64,000 nt of DNA from Planktothrix sp. GU0601_MAG3 (GCA_035193785.1 CP136572.1:384001-448000), one strand, 5' to 3'; positions 32,708 to 44,839 are shown, counted from the first letter of the stretch. Notes: generated from the letters alone by a model not told the origin. Made by a program: numbers and translations.

Positions 32708-35018
32708 CTACAAAGGCGAATCCGACAGAACATTACCCGGAAGATTACTAACAGCCCGTTGCAACGCAGACAGGGCGCGATTATAACCAATAATGGCATT
32801 GAGGAGTCGGTTTTGGGCGCGGGTTAAGTCCGTTTCCTGGTTAATCACTTCCAACTGAGTTCCCACCCCGGCTTGAAACCGTAAACGCGCTAAACGTAAG
32901 GCTTCAGTTGCTTCCTCCACCCCTAAACTAGAGGTTTGAATATTATCAAAGTTAGCTTGGAGGTCATAGTAAGACCGTTCAGCATCCAAACGAATTTGAT
33001 TGAGTAATTGATTAAAGCGCTCATCTGCGATGCCAATATCTAACTCCCGTTGTCGGGCTTGAGCTTTCGCCGCACCGCCATCAAAGAAATTCCAAGAAAA
33101 CTGGACTTGAGCATCATAGCCATCAGCCCAGCCCTGCACAGCCTGATAATCGCTGTTATCATTGAGCCTTCCCAAAAGATTGTAACTGGCCCCGACGGTA
33201 ACATTCGGACGAGTTGCTGCTAGGGCAGCCCGGCGTAATTGTTGAGCGCGATCGCGTTCGGCCAACTGTTCCTCCAACTCCGCCCGATTCTGATAGGCTT
33301 GAACAATGGTTTCTTCCAAGGTTAAATCCCAAGCCCCCGCCAAAGCAATCGGGTCAGCCGCCAATAAATTCGTGTTTTCATCAATATTCAGAATCGCGGC
33401 CAACTCCCGCCGAGTTTGAAATTGACTGCGCTGGGAATTAGTCAGATCCTGTTGGTTATTGGCAAGGGTGACACGGGCCTGCAACACCTCAAAACGGGTT
33501 CCCACCCCCGCCCGTTCCAAAGCTTCAGCATCCTCTAAACTTTTTTGAGAGTTGCGCACAGCAGCCGCTTGAATTTCCACCGCCGCATCTGCTTCTTGCA
33601 AATTGTAATAGGCACGGGCCACATTAAATCGGACTTCTTCTAAGGCCGTTTCTAACCTTAACCCCAGAATCCGTAACTGTTCTTCCGAGGCTTTAATTCT
33701 AGCCCCCCTCAATCCATTAATTCCCAGGTCGTACTGAAATTGAATCGAATTATCGAAGGAATAGGTTCCATAGCGGGTCTGAAATTCCCTCTGATCCGCC
33801 CCAGGAACATTATTGAACCGAGCCACTCGGAGGGCGCGGTTTTGAGCCCGAACCTGTAAGTCCTCCGCCGCCGAGACGTTGCGGGAAAAACCGGAACGAA
33901 AGACCAAACTCGGATATAAATCCGCCTGGGTTTCCCTTAGCGTTGCCAAGCTCTGTTCAACTTGCAGTTGGGCAATGCTGACATTTTCATTATTCCGAAC
34001 CGCTAAATCAATCGCTTGTTCAAGGGTGACGGGAACGGTTTCCTCAATATTCACCTGTTCGGGTAAGGTGGGGCGATACAGAGGATCACTACTTGGGAGT
34101 AGAATTCTAGGGGGATTGGTTTGTAAGGTTCCGTTGGGAGTCGGAGGGGGAAAGGGAGTCGTGGGAGGGGTCAGGTCAGGAACCGTTAAAGCGGGTCTAC
34201 TGACTTGGGCCAGTTGGGTCGGTTGAGATTGCCTAACTCGATTCACAGAATCCGTTAGGGTTGCAGCTTGGCCAGAGGGATTTGGTAATGCAACTTCAAT
34301 CTCTGGGGGATTATTTGGCGAGGATTGTCTATTGTTCCCCAGGGGATGGGGTAAGTTAAAAACGGGGTTGACCCTAGTTGTCGGTTTTGGGTTAGTGTCT
34401 GCGGTTGTTGGGTTAGAAACAGCCGGGGCCGTCGTCGGCGTTGCTGCAACACCAGTGGATGCTGTTGTTATGGGTGCAGACTGTCGAGGGGTTTTTGTAG
34501 GATTTTGTTTAAAAACTGGTGCAGGTAACTCCAAGGGTACGGAAGATCCAGCCATGGGGTTAGGTGTGATCAACAAATGATCAATAATCCGATGGGGAGA
34601 AACTGGAGGTTTCTAATTGAGATTTTTTAGGATTTTGCTTAAAGGTTGAACTTAGAATTTCTGCGGGTAAAGACTGCTGAGTAGAAACCCTTTCCACTTT
34701 CTCTATAGGGGCTGATTTCGAGTGATCACTCTGTTGTTCTTGTTCCACAACCCCATCTGGAACTAAATCCCCGGAATCCTCCTTTAAGGTGGGTGTCGAA
34801 TCTCTGGACAACGATTCCAGCCCCGCCTCTGCTTGCTCAGGAGCCAGATACTGAGATTTTGTGGGATTTTGTTTAAAATTCTGCGGTTGAGTTGTATTCG
34901 AGTCAGGCAATTTATCCCGAGACTCAATGGGGGAAGGAACAGCAGTCCCTGGCCCCACATTGATTAAGGTGATCGCTCCACTCACTCCCACAGCCATCAA
35001 ATTACGAAGAACGGACAT
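32708..35018 (-). CDS. TolC family outer membrane efflux protein with long low-complexity N-terminus (apparent frameshift)
   Basis: TLEQAIDLA, AGVGTRFEVL, FFDGG, RFQAGVGTQLEV; signal peptide in ORF 34581-35018 joins at a GAAAC site near 34600. Confidence 0.88.
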
Positions 35019-35140
35019 AAGGCTTCTTTTCTTGTCTACAAGTCCAGAAACAATTTTAGACTAAGGTAGCAATATTCCTAAGTTTTTTGATGTTAGATAG
35101 CTGATAGGATCGCTCAAACCCAACCGGATCAGGGATTACC

Positions 35141-35566
35141 CTAGCAAGCAATATGTTCTGCTTCTAAATCTAATAAATGCAGCAGATGAAGATCGCCCCG
35201 GGCCACTGCCGCTTGACGTCTACGATCAAGTAAACGGCATAAATGATTGGCATGGACTTTTGCCAGATTCTCGTTCAGGGGCCTCTCAAGTGCAGCTAAA
35301 TGGAGCAATGCCCCTCCCCTGGTTTCTGCCGATTGGCTTTTGTTGGGGGCCACGGCCTTGACTTCGTGCAGAGGATATCCTGGCTCCTTATTGCCGTAGG
35401 AAACACCCCGATATTTCAGGGGTTGCGGGGTTTGGGGTACGGGAACATGGCGAGGGTAGTGAAACTGGACACTTCGACCCCGATATTTGCCCGTTAATTC
35501 GCTTTCTACTACATCAATCGGCGAAAAAGAGGCTTCGTACTGATGACCGCGATAGGTGAGTTTCAT
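35141..35566 (-). CDS. DUF4278 domain protein with PirA-like C-terminus
   Basis: MKLTYRG.Y, GKYRG, LKYRGVSY repeats; tail HANHLCRLLDRRRQAAVARGDLHLLHLLDLE. Confidence 0.8.
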   Translation of the reverse strand: MKLTYRGHQYEASFSPIDVVESELTGKYRGRSVQFHYPRHVPVPQTPQPLKYRGVSYGNKEPGYPLHEVKAVAPNKSQSAETRGGALLHLAALERPLNENLAKVHANHLCRLLDRRRQAAVARGDLHLLHLLDLEAEHIAC

Positions 35567-35650
35567 ATCCTGTTTCTCCTGACCTTAGTTTTAAATGGGC
35601 TGTCCTTTAAGACAAATTCCAAACGAAATTTTAAACTATCTTTTTATTTC

Positions 35651-35666
35651 TGTATTCATTGTTACA
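35651..35666. promoter_or_regulatory. NtcA-binding site upstream of the DUF4278 gene
   Basis: TGTA-TTCATTGT-TACA. Confidence 0.65.
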
Positions 35667-35822
35667 CTTTTTCCGGTTAGATCCAGAAACTTAACAATTA
35701 TTTAAGAATGATCTTTAAATTCAGGTTGGGTTAGGGAGTTGATTCCGCTTGGGATCTATGGCATCCTGTTCCCCATTCCCCATTCCCCATTCCCCATTTC
35801 CTATTCCCTATTCCCTATTCCC

Positions 35823-36005
35823 CAGGGCTGTTTCATTCTTTGTAGGGGCAATCCCCCCGTGGTTGCCCCAATCCCCCCGTGGTTGCCCCAATCCCCCCGT
35901 GGTTGCCCCAATCCCTGAAACGCCTGCAAATCTTGGATGGGGAGGGTAGGCACGGGGGCACTACCCCTACAAAACCCTGGTTTCCCTGAGAATGAAACAG
36001 CCCTG
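35823..36005. mobile_element. MITE with 17-bp TIRs and three internal 20-bp repeats
   Basis: CAGGGCTGTTTCATTCT...AGAATGAAACAGCCCTG inserted in a TTCCC(T/C)A STRR array; inverted copy at 52668-52936. Confidence 0.82.
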
Positions 36006-36143
36006 CCCTATTCCCTGTTCCCTGTTCCCTGTTCCCTGTTCCCTGTTCCCTATTCCCCATTTCCAAAACTTTTGTTAAGAAAATTATTAAGAAATGTAAA
36101 GAGTGTTAATATTGTCTTAACTGAAGTCTTAATCAAACCATCC

Positions 36144-36461
36144 ATGCTGAGTTCCAACTTGCCCGAAGAGTCAGAGCTTCTCAAATCGATCTTAGAACCG
36201 CTACTAGAGGATTTTGAATACTGGTTTGGGCGATCGCGCCATCTTTTGGAAACGGAGGAGATATCCTTTTTGACTCAGCCCCAAAAATCTGACCTGTTGA
36301 ACCGAATTATCCAAGCCCAACAGAAGGTGATGGCGACTAAAACTCTGTTTCATGCCACGGGGGGACAGGTTGGAATAGAAATGACCGTATTAATACCTTG
36401 GCATAAACTATTGACAGAATGTTGGCAAGTGACAACTCGCTTACGGGTGGAAACAGGCTAA
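36144..36461 (+). CDS. DUF2605 family protein
   Basis: LLKSILEPLLEDFEYWFGRS, PWHKLLTECW. Confidence 0.85.
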   Translation: MLSSNLPEESELLKSILEPLLEDFEYWFGRSRHLLETEEISFLTQPQKSDLLNRIIQAQQKVMATKTLFHATGGQVGIEMTVLIPWHKLLTECWQVTTRLRVETG

Positions 36462-36672
36462 TCAAGTCAAAAATTGAGGCGGGAGGGTGAACTTCCCAAA
36501 AATTAATCAACTTTTTAAGTAGAAAGGTTTAATTTGTTGATAGAATATATCAAAATCCATGTAGATGAGCGTTTCAATGACCCCCCCGGATCAAGCTCTA
36601 AAATAAAATACCCTTTCTATTAGAAAACGGCTTTACATTAATCGAATAAACCCTAGCATTAAGGAGATAAAA

Positions 36673-36984
36673 ATGTTACATTTAGTCTACGTCTTAGCTT
36701 TTACGATTTTGGCTTTTCTAGCGGTTCGGAATTTAATTCAAAGTCTTTTGACGGTGGGTATGGAATCCCATAAACTCCATGACCCTCGCAACTATGGCGG
36801 CTTAAATAATTCAGGACAGATGAGAAAAGTCCCCCATCCAGAACTACTCGATGAAACCGGAAATTTAATTAATGAACCTTTGTTAGTGATGCGCTCTTTG
36901 TCCGTTCAAGATGCGCGAAATCAATTAGATAATTTATATAAATCTTCTCCCGGTTATGGGGATGATATCCATGACGGTGAATAA
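36673..36984 (+). CDS. DUF2973 family protein
   Basis: MLHLVYVLAF, HPELLDETG..INEPLLVMRS. Confidence 0.85.
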   Translation: MLHLVYVLAFTILAFLAVRNLIQSLLTVGMESHKLHDPRNYGGLNNSGQMRKVPHPELLDETGNLINEPLLVMRSLSVQDARNQLDNLYKSSPGYGDDIHDGE

Positions 36985-37345
36985 AAAACATTAACCACCG
37001 GGAATTTAATCATGATCAAGGTTGACAATGGATTGATAATATCCCATCATTGTTAACCTGGTTTAGCTTCTTGAAAACCCACGTCATCAGGATTTAGAAA
37101 TTAGTTTTGATCGACAATTGATCAGTCTGTGTGATCTTCCCGGGGACTTAGCCCCAGTCCCCCATAATCCAATCTTCTGATAGACTAAGCTCAAATATTG
37201 ATCGTTAACCGTGATTTTCAGTTAAATTAGAAATTATGGGAAATAAGTTTCCCTGTGCGGACTTGCCTTAGCGCGTCCCTAACCCGCCAATGAATTTGGG
37301 GGCTGGCGTCCTCGGATTTTCGGTCAACAGCTTGCGGTTCTATAT

Positions 37346-39690
37346 ATGTTGTTAAATAAAAAAGATACATCGATAGTGACCTTGACGTTATTGTTATCAA
37401 TAGCGACGAGTCCCATCGCCTGGGCGACATCTCGGTGGAACTCCAACTCTAGCGTCAATTCTTCCGCGCTTTTGGAGTCGTCCCTATTGTCTCCCGCACA
37501 GGTTAGGAATATTAATACTGTTCCCCCAGTCGGGGAGTTGGAGCCCAAACCGGGGTTAGATTCTGGGTTAGGGTTTCAATTCTCAACAACCGATCCTTTT
37601 GAGCCAGATTAATTCCCGTTCACCCCAAGCTAACACGAACAATGATAGTCTAGTGGGGCAATCTTCCCAAATGCAGCCCACAACGGTTCCTACAACGGAA
37701 GGGGAAATCCCAATTTGGTTGTGGTGGTTACTCCCGGTGATCCCGTTTTTCGGTTTATGGGTTAATTTACAACTCAAAGCTCAACGTTCTAAGTCCCCAG
37801 TCAACAAACAAGAAGACCCTATTTCTGTTCCCTTATCTACAAAACCCGATGTTACCGGGGCACAACCTCAGAAAAATTCCGCTCAACTGGATTTTAATAG
37901 TTTGACAGAACCCCTGAAAACCCAATTTTCTTCTAATATTGATCATCAGTTTATAGAACCTTTAAAAACACCATTTTCTCCAGCAGTTACTACGGTTTCT
38001 CTCCCTCGCACTATTATTCAAAAACGGCATCAGACAGAAACGGTTCAATTAGAAAATAATCTACAACCCCAGGGTTCATCTATTAGTTTAATAGCATCGG
38101 AGGTGGATAAATTAGATTCTGCGATCGCCATTCCCCCGCAAGAATCAATCCTATTGGAAAATCAGGTTGAAATCCAACCAGAAGGAGAATTTTTCATAAC
38201 AGCAAAGTCTCCTGATTCGGAATTTTATCCCGTTAGAAATGGGGAAATTAAGGAGGTTTCGGAGGTGGTGTTAATTAAGGAAATTGACCCAGATGAAGCT
38301 GAGGCTGTAATTGCAGAATTTTTGACGACAAAAGCACAAATTGAGAATATATCGGTTTCAGAAATAGTAGAACCTGAGCCGGATATTCAGAATGAATCTA
38401 TTATTTGGGAACCGGATATTGCGGAAACAGAACCAATAGTTGTTACGGTTGAGGAGCAGTTAACGGAACCAGAAATATCGGTTTCAGAAATAGTAGAACC
38501 TGAGCCGGATATTCAGAATGAATCTATTATTTGGGAACCGGATATTGCGGAAACAGAACAAATAGTTGTTACGGTTGAGGAGCAGTTAACGGAACCGGAA
38601 ATATCGGTTTCAGAAATAGTAAAACCTGAGCCGGATATTCAGAATGAATCTATTATTTGGGAACCGGATATTACGGAAACAGAACCAATAGTTGTTACGG
38701 TTGATGAGCAGTTAACAGAACCAGAAATATCGGTTTCAGAAATAGTAGAACCTGAGCCGGATATCCAAAATGAATCTATTATTTTGGAACCGGATATTGC
38801 GGAAACGGAATCAATAGTTGTTACGGTTGAGGAGCAGTTAACGGAACCAGAAATATCGGTTTCAGAAATAGTAGAATCTGAGCCGGATATTCAGAATGAA
38901 TCTATTATTTGGGAACCGGATATTGCGGAAACAGAACCCACATTTTTTACGGTTGAGGAGCAGTTAACGGAACCAGAAATATCGGTTTCAGAAATAGTAG
39001 AATCTGAGCCGGAGATTCAGAATGAATCTATTATTTGGGAACCGGATATTGCGGAAACAGAACCAATAGTTGTTCCGGTTGATGAGCAGTTAACAGAACC
39101 GGAAATATCGGTTTCAGAAATAGTAAAACCGGAAACCGAAGAAATAGAATTAGGAGTACCTCACCAACAAGTTCGTTCAGAAACAGACGTAGCAGCTACT
39201 AAATTTAATGTAGGAAAGGAAATAAAATTTGAGCCATCCCTGGCGGATGTAGACCAGGAAACTTCCACCATTACCCGATGGATATGGTCAAAGTCAGATT
39301 TTTCTGTTACCCCGTGACCCAAATTGGGCCTATGCGTATTGGGATATTCCCAACGAACATAAGGAACATCTACGTTACCAAGGGGGAAAACACCTTCTCC
39401 TGCGGGTTTATGACGTCACTGCAATTGATATCGACACCCAGCCGCCATTTTCGATGCAGGAATATGAGTGTGATGAGATAGCTAGAGAATGGCATATTCC
39501 TATTCCCATGAGTGACCGAGATTATATTGCCGAATTGGGTTATTTAACGCTGGATGGACGTTGGTTAGTCTTAGTCAGATCTAATCATATTCATATCCCC
39601 CCCATTTATCCCACAGACTGGGAAAATTACCAATTTATTAATATTCCCTGGGATGAAGACCTCAGAGGAAAAACCTTTTTCAGACTCTAA
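37346..39690 (+). CDS. DUF4912-domain membrane-anchored protein with acidic tandem repeats (two apparent frameshifts)
   Basis: Signal/TM segments; C-terminal LLPRDPNWAYAYW, LRVYDVT, DYIAELGY DUF4912 motifs after repair at GTTTC ~37573 and GAAAC ~39258. Confidence 0.8.
38349..39131 (+). repeat. 126-bp (42-aa) intragenic tandem repeat, 6 full copies plus a partial
   Basis: Unit ISVSEIVEPEPDIQNESIIWEPDIAETEPIVVTVEEQLTEPE starting at 38349, 38475, 38601, 38727, 38853, 38979, 39105. Confidence 0.95.
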
Positions 39691-39805
39691 CAAATTCTAC
39701 AAGATTAATTTTAGATATTAGACAGGCTGTTAGTGAAAACTGACAGCCTAAGTTATAATTTATATCAAAAGTTTAAACCCACACATACTTAAAGGACAAT
39801 TGAAC

Positions 39806-40057
39806 ATGATCTCACCACAATTATTAGAAATACAAAAATCCATCAATAATTTATCCTTAGTTGAAAAACTATGGTTATTAGAAAATATTGCTCGAAAAAT
39901 ACGAGAAGGAGATTCCGAGATTAATCAAAAGGAATCTATTCAAGAAATTACCCTAGAGGATAAACTAAATCAGATGAAAGAATTTTTAGCTACTCCTTGG
40001 GAGGGAAAAGAGGAGTTTTTAGAAATTATGACCGAAATGGAGTTGAGCTATATTTGA
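39806..40057 (+). CDS. Small hypothetical protein (antitoxin-like)
   Basis: LSLVEKLWLLENIARKIRE helix typical of small cyanobacterial antitoxin-like proteins; AAGGA RBS. Confidence 0.55.
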   Translation: MISPQLLEIQKSINNLSLVEKLWLLENIARKIREGDSEINQKESIQEITLEDKLNQMKEFLATPWEGKEEFLEIMTEMELSYI

Positions 40058-40080
40058 ATATAAAAAATACCCAAGCGTCT

Positions 40081-41350
40081 ATGCCTAGCAATTCCCCACC
40101 TCAATTATCCTCTGAATATCTTCAGGAAAAACTAACAGGCTCCATCTGGATGCAAAATAAGAAATACCCTTATTTATTTGAACCTAATGGCACCTGCGAG
40201 ATATTAAACCATAGTCGTTGGGGTCATTACACCATCTCATCGGATGGTCGCTCTGTTTTCCTGACTTGGACAGACCCGGCCTACACTGAACAATTGTTTG
40301 TCCTAGAGGATGGGAGTTTTTTCTTGGGTGGGAGTGTGTTAGTTTCCTAGTAATAAACCACGGAATCATTACTTTCCTTGCTATCCTATAGCTCAACCCG
40401 ATCTCAATAATTATCAGTTTGAGATCGATACGGGTAAAATGCCTGATTACGGAAATATAATCCTAGAGGGTCGCCAGGTAAGGTTAATTAAGAGTGGTTA
40501 CTGTGGAAATGTGTTGTCCGACGAACTGCGAGAGTTTGATTCCGAAGAAGCGGCCGAAGCATACTACCATTCCACCATTCGCAGTTATGACCCCTACTAT
40601 GCACCAGGTCATATTAACGAACCCATTTACCTAGAATTCTCCGATGACAAGTCCCACAAATTCTATGAAGTCACGGTGAATGGATTAACGGTCACGTTCC
40701 ATTATGGACGCATTGGTACGACTGGACAAACCGACAATAGCACCTATGGAAGTCCGAGAAAAGCCCAAGTTGCTGCCCAGAAGAAAATTAATGAAAAGTT
40801 GAAAAAAGGCTATGTGTTATTCCCTAAAGGGAAGCCAAGCCGCTCCAAATCCTCTGAAGTAGCCCTACCTAACCAAGCCATAGTTGAAGAAATAACTCCC
40901 CCGGTTATCGGAGGAATTCTTGTAACTGTTAAACCGGGGGAAGATGTTTACTGGAATATTGTCAAATTCCGACCCGGCTCTACTGTAGAAATTGTTGCTA
41001 TTTCTCCTAATTCCTGGTTCTCTTTTAACCTGATGGCGGGGGAAAATTTCGCCTATCACTTCAATCCGCGTTTGAGTGAAGGGCAAATTGTCCAAAATAC
41101 TAAGGTTGGGAATTGGGGGCCGGAGGAAAGACTGCCCTTCCCCCAGGAGATGGCCTCTGGTAAAAAGTTTACGGTGAAGATCGCGGTAGAAGAAACCCAA
41201 TTGGCTGTTTATTTGAATGATACTTTTCTCTCTTATTACAAACACCGTATCCCCCCTGGGGAAATTAATAGTCTGCGATTAATCTGCTCTCAAGGTAGTC
41301 TGCCAGTTTTGTCCGTTAATATATCTGAGCCTTTGGCTAAATCTATATAG
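40081..41350 (+). CDS. Multidomain protein: unknown N-terminus, WGR domain, galectin-like domain (apparent frameshift)
   Basis: WGR: KSHKFYEV..HYGRIG..GQ..EKLKKGY. Galectin: YHFNPR, VQNT, WGPEER. Frames join at GTTTC 40342-40346. Confidence 0.8.
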
Positions 41351-41486
41351 GGAACAGGGAACAGGGAATAAGCAACAGTGGGATAGTTGGGTTTGTACTG
41401 ATGGCCATAGCCGGAGCCTCTTTCTATGGGTTACTAGCCATTGGGTAGGTTAGTCAGCTATGGGCTATAGACCCCATTTGTAAACC

Positions 41487-41584
41487 TATAGCAGTTGCCG
41501 CATCTATTAGGACATTCTTGAAAGCTAAAAGCTGCTCATAGTAAGTATTTACCTATTACCTATTGCCTATTGCCTCTTGCTATA
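41487..41584. mobile_element. Short MITE-like element with TATAGCA ends carrying STRR units
   Basis: TATAGCA...TTAGGACA...TGCTATA; related inverted element at 47932-48032. Confidence 0.5.
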
Positions 41585-41726
41585 CATTCCACCTGGATTT
41601 GATGGGTTGAATTTCAGCTAATATGAAATCCTTCAATGTGTGCTACAGATAAGGAAAAATCCATTTTAGTATGGGGATAGACCCGAATTTTGATTATAAT
41701 TTTTAATGCCAATTGCAATAAAGCTC

Positions 41727-42129
41727 ATGAAAAAATATATTTCTCGTCTGTTAGCTCTAGTTCTTGTGGCTGCCATTACCTTAGTCGGATGCGGTGGGAG
41801 TCCCTCGGGAATGTTAACAGGCAATTATTCTAAAGATACTTTAGCCGTTGTCGATAGTTTGAGAACTGCGATTCTTTTGCCTGAAGATGCTCCCCAAAAA
41901 CCTGAAGCCCAGGGCCAAGCCAAGGAAGTCATTAACGAATTTATTGCTCGTTACCGTCGGGATACTTCTGTGACTACCCTGAGTTCCTTTACCACCATGC
42001 GTACAGCCCTCAACGCCCTAGCAGGTCATTATAGTTTCCTATCCCAACCGTCCTATCCCAGATAAATTAAAAGAACGTTTGGAACAAGAATTTAAACAAG
42101 TGGAAGCCGCCGTCAGTCGGGGAGCGTAA
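41727..42129 (+). CDS. psb27: Photosystem II assembly lipoprotein Psb27 (apparent frameshift)
   Basis: Lipobox LVGC, LTGNY..DT, SFTTMRTALNALAGHY-SSYPNRP; repair at GTTTC 42034-42038. Confidence 0.93.
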
Positions 42130-42328
42130 TCAGTCATCAGTTATCAGTTATCAGTCATCAGTTATTAATGTAGAGACGTGCCACGGCGCGTCTATATTAT
42201 TGCTCATTAAGCCTAATCACTTAAATCACCGATAAACTCGCCCATATCAATTATTAGTGTGTTTCCCTACTGATTCTGTTTGGAACATTGTGAATACTTG
42301 AAAATCTAGTAAAATCTAATAAAATTTT

Positions 42329-43843
42329 ATGTCAAGTCTTATGATTCAGCAACGCCGTTTTTCCGGGTTATTATTAAATTTTTTGATCACCCTTTCCTTG
42401 AATCCTTTTTTATTAGTTTCCGTAGCTAATTCCCAAACCCTGGCTCAGTGCAAATTATCTCCACAAGCGATCGCCCAGAAAGAAAGTTTACGACAAGCGG
42501 TATTAACGGGAAATTCCGAAGCTGTTAAAAACTATAATACTATTCTAACTCAACACGCGCAACAAGTCAATCAATGTCGTCAACAAATTAATCCTAAAAA
42601 TCAAGCCATTTGGTTAAGATTATATCCCTGTGATACGAGAACTGGAGAAGTTGATCGGATTTTAGATAATATTATTAATAAAGGCTATAACAAGGTTTAT
42701 TTAGAAGTCTTTTATGATGGTCAAGTATTATTACCTGCGGGAAAAAATCCCACCGCCTGGCCAGCGGCTATCCGCACACCTGGCACAGAAAACCAAGATT
42801 TATTAGCAGAAACTATCCAAAAAAGTAGACAACGGGGCTTAAAAGTCTATGCTTGGATGTTTATGTTAAATTATGGCTATACTTACACATTAAAACCCGA
42901 TAAAAAATCAGTTTTGGCGATAAATGGCAAGGGAGAAACCACCACAACGGCAGTCATAGACCAAACTAAAATAGACGAATATGGGGAAAGTTTTGTGAAT
43001 CAAGGGTTTGTTGACCCCTATCATCCCATAGCTAGACAAGATTATTTAACCCTATTAAATACTATATTACAACGTCGTCCCGATGGTGTTTTATTTGATT
43101 ATGTTCGTTATCCTAAAGGGTTAGGAGCGGATTCCGTTGCCTCGAAAGTCAAAGACCTATGGATTTATGGAGAATATGCCCAACAGGCATTTTTAAATCG
43201 GGCTAGTAGTCAGAAAGGACGGGACTTGATGCAGCGATTTTTACAGCAAGGATTTATTACCGAAATTGATGTTAAAACGGTGAATGAAAAGTATCCCGAT
43301 GAAAAGGATAAACCCTATTGGCCCGATGAAAAAGAGTGGAAAACCTTAGCCTCTATTCCCAAGATGGGAGATACTTTACAACTACAATTATGGCGGCTAA
43401 GTGTTGCCCATGCTAGACAGGGAGTTTTAGATTTTTTAACAATAGTAAGTCAACCCGTACAAAGCCAAGGAATTCCAGCCGGAGCGGTATTTTTTCCCGA
43501 AGGAAATCGCAGAATTGGGCAGATGGGATTTGACTCTCGAATGCAGCCTTGGGATCAATTTTCCCCCTCTATTGAATGGCATCCGATGTCCTATGCTGTT
43601 TGTGGTCAAGTCAACTGTATTACGGCTCAAGTGCAGCAAGTTGTAACTCAAGCTCCCCCGGGAACTCAAGTTATCCCAGCCTTAGCGGGAGACTGGGGAA
43701 AATCGATCAAAAATCGCCCTTCTTTACAACAACAAATGGCTGATATTTACGCCACAATTCCGCAAATTAATGCTTTTAGTCATTATGGTTATGACTGGCA
43801 AGATGCTGAAGAAACCCGAGAACGAAAATTTTGTAAACGATAA
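42329..43843 (+). CDS. Family 10 glycosylhydrolase-like (DUF187-type) secreted protein
   Basis: QAIWLRLYPCD, VFYDGQVLLP, PDGVLFDYVRYP. Confidence 0.75.
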   Translation: MSSLMIQQRRFSGLLLNFLITLSLNPFLLVSVANSQTLAQCKLSPQAIAQKESLRQAVLTGNSEAVKNYNTILTQHAQQVNQCRQQINPKNQAIWLRLYPCDTRTGEVDRILDNIINKGYNKVYLEVFYDGQVLLPAGKNPTAWPAAIRTPGTENQDLLAETIQKSRQRGLKVYAWMFMLNYGYTYTLKPDKKSVLAINGKGETTTTAVIDQTKIDEYGESFVNQGFVDPYHPIARQDYLTLLNTILQRRPDGVLFDYVRYPKGLGADSVASKVKDLWIYGEYAQQAFLNRASSQKGRDLMQRFLQQGFITEIDVKTVNEKYPDEKDKPYWPDEKEWKTLASIPKMGDTLQLQLWRLSVAHARQGVLDFLTIVSQPVQSQGIPAGAVFFPEGNRRIGQMGFDSRMQPWDQFSPSIEWHPMSYAVCGQVNCITAQVQQVVTQAPPGTQVIPALAGDWGKSIKNRPSLQQQMADIYATIPQINAFSHYGYDWQDAEETRERKFCKR

Positions 43844-43980
43844 TAATTAAGATTATTAATTATAAAAAATACCTGAATTTTTTGGGGGATAGGGTGACTT
43901 ATCGGTATCAAGTTAACCTTAACTGTGGTTCGGATGTGATCAATAACGCTATAATTGTTTTATCAATTGGAGTTAATTTT

Positions 43981-44839
43981 ATGAAAAGTGCAGAACCTCA
44001 AGCTGGTTTAACAAGTATTTTTTTGGGAATTGCCTTAGCCATATTAGCCCTAATTTCGGTCAATTCTTTTGTGATTATTAATCCGGGTCAAGCGGGGGTA
44101 TTAAGTATTTTAGGGAAGGCTCAAGATGGGGTATTATTAGAAGGAATCCATTTTAAACCCCCCCTGGTTTCTGCGGTTGATATTTATGATTTGACGGTGC
44201 AGAAATTTGAAGTTCCGGCTCAAAGTTCTACTAAAGATTTACAACAATTATCGGCGAGTTTTGCCATTAACTTTAGGCTTGACCCGGTACAGGTGGTGAG
44301 AATTAGACGAGAAACAGGGTACTTTACAAAATGTTGTTTCTAAAGTCGTTGCTCCCCAAACCCAAGAATGCTTTAAAATTGCAGCAGCAAAACGAACTAT
44401 TGAAGAAGCCATTACCCAACGGGAATTATTAAAATCGGACTTTGATGAAGCTCTGAATGAACGATTAGATAAATATGGAATTATTGTATTAGATACGAGT
44501 GTGGTTGATTTGGCTTTTTCTCCTGAATTTGCCAAAGCGGTTGAAGAAAAACAAATTGCTGAACAACGAGCCAGACGGGCGGTTTATATTGCTAAAGAAG
44601 CCGAACAACAGGCTCAAGCTGATATTAACCGAGCTAAAGGAACAGCCGAAGCTCAACGGTTATTAGCCGAAACCTTGAAAGCAACGGGAGGACAATTAGT
44701 GCTACAAAAAGAAGCGATTGAAGCTTGGAAACAGGGCGGTTCGGAAATGCCCAAAGTGTTAATTATGAATGGGGATAATAAAAGTATGGTTCCCTTCTTA
44801 TTTAATTTAGGAAATCTGGCAGAAATGAGTTATGAATAA
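43981..44839 (+). CDS. Prohibitin/SPFH domain protein (apparent frameshift)
   Basis: GIHFKPP, SSTKDLQ, FSPEFAKAVEEKQIAEQ. Confidence 0.9.

Noticed and set aside
35567..35650. Glutamine riboswitch upstream of the DUF4278 gene
   Set aside because: The conserved CGTT...GGAAGT...GAAGGAACG pattern is not recognisable; at most degenerate.
37130..37340. GC-rich leader upstream of the DUF4912 gene as a riboswitch
   Set aside because: No match by eye to known aptamer consensus sequences; would need an Infernal/Rfam search.
38349..39131. 126-bp periodic repeat as a CRISPR array
   Set aside because: The whole unit repeats in frame within a coding sequence; no spacers.
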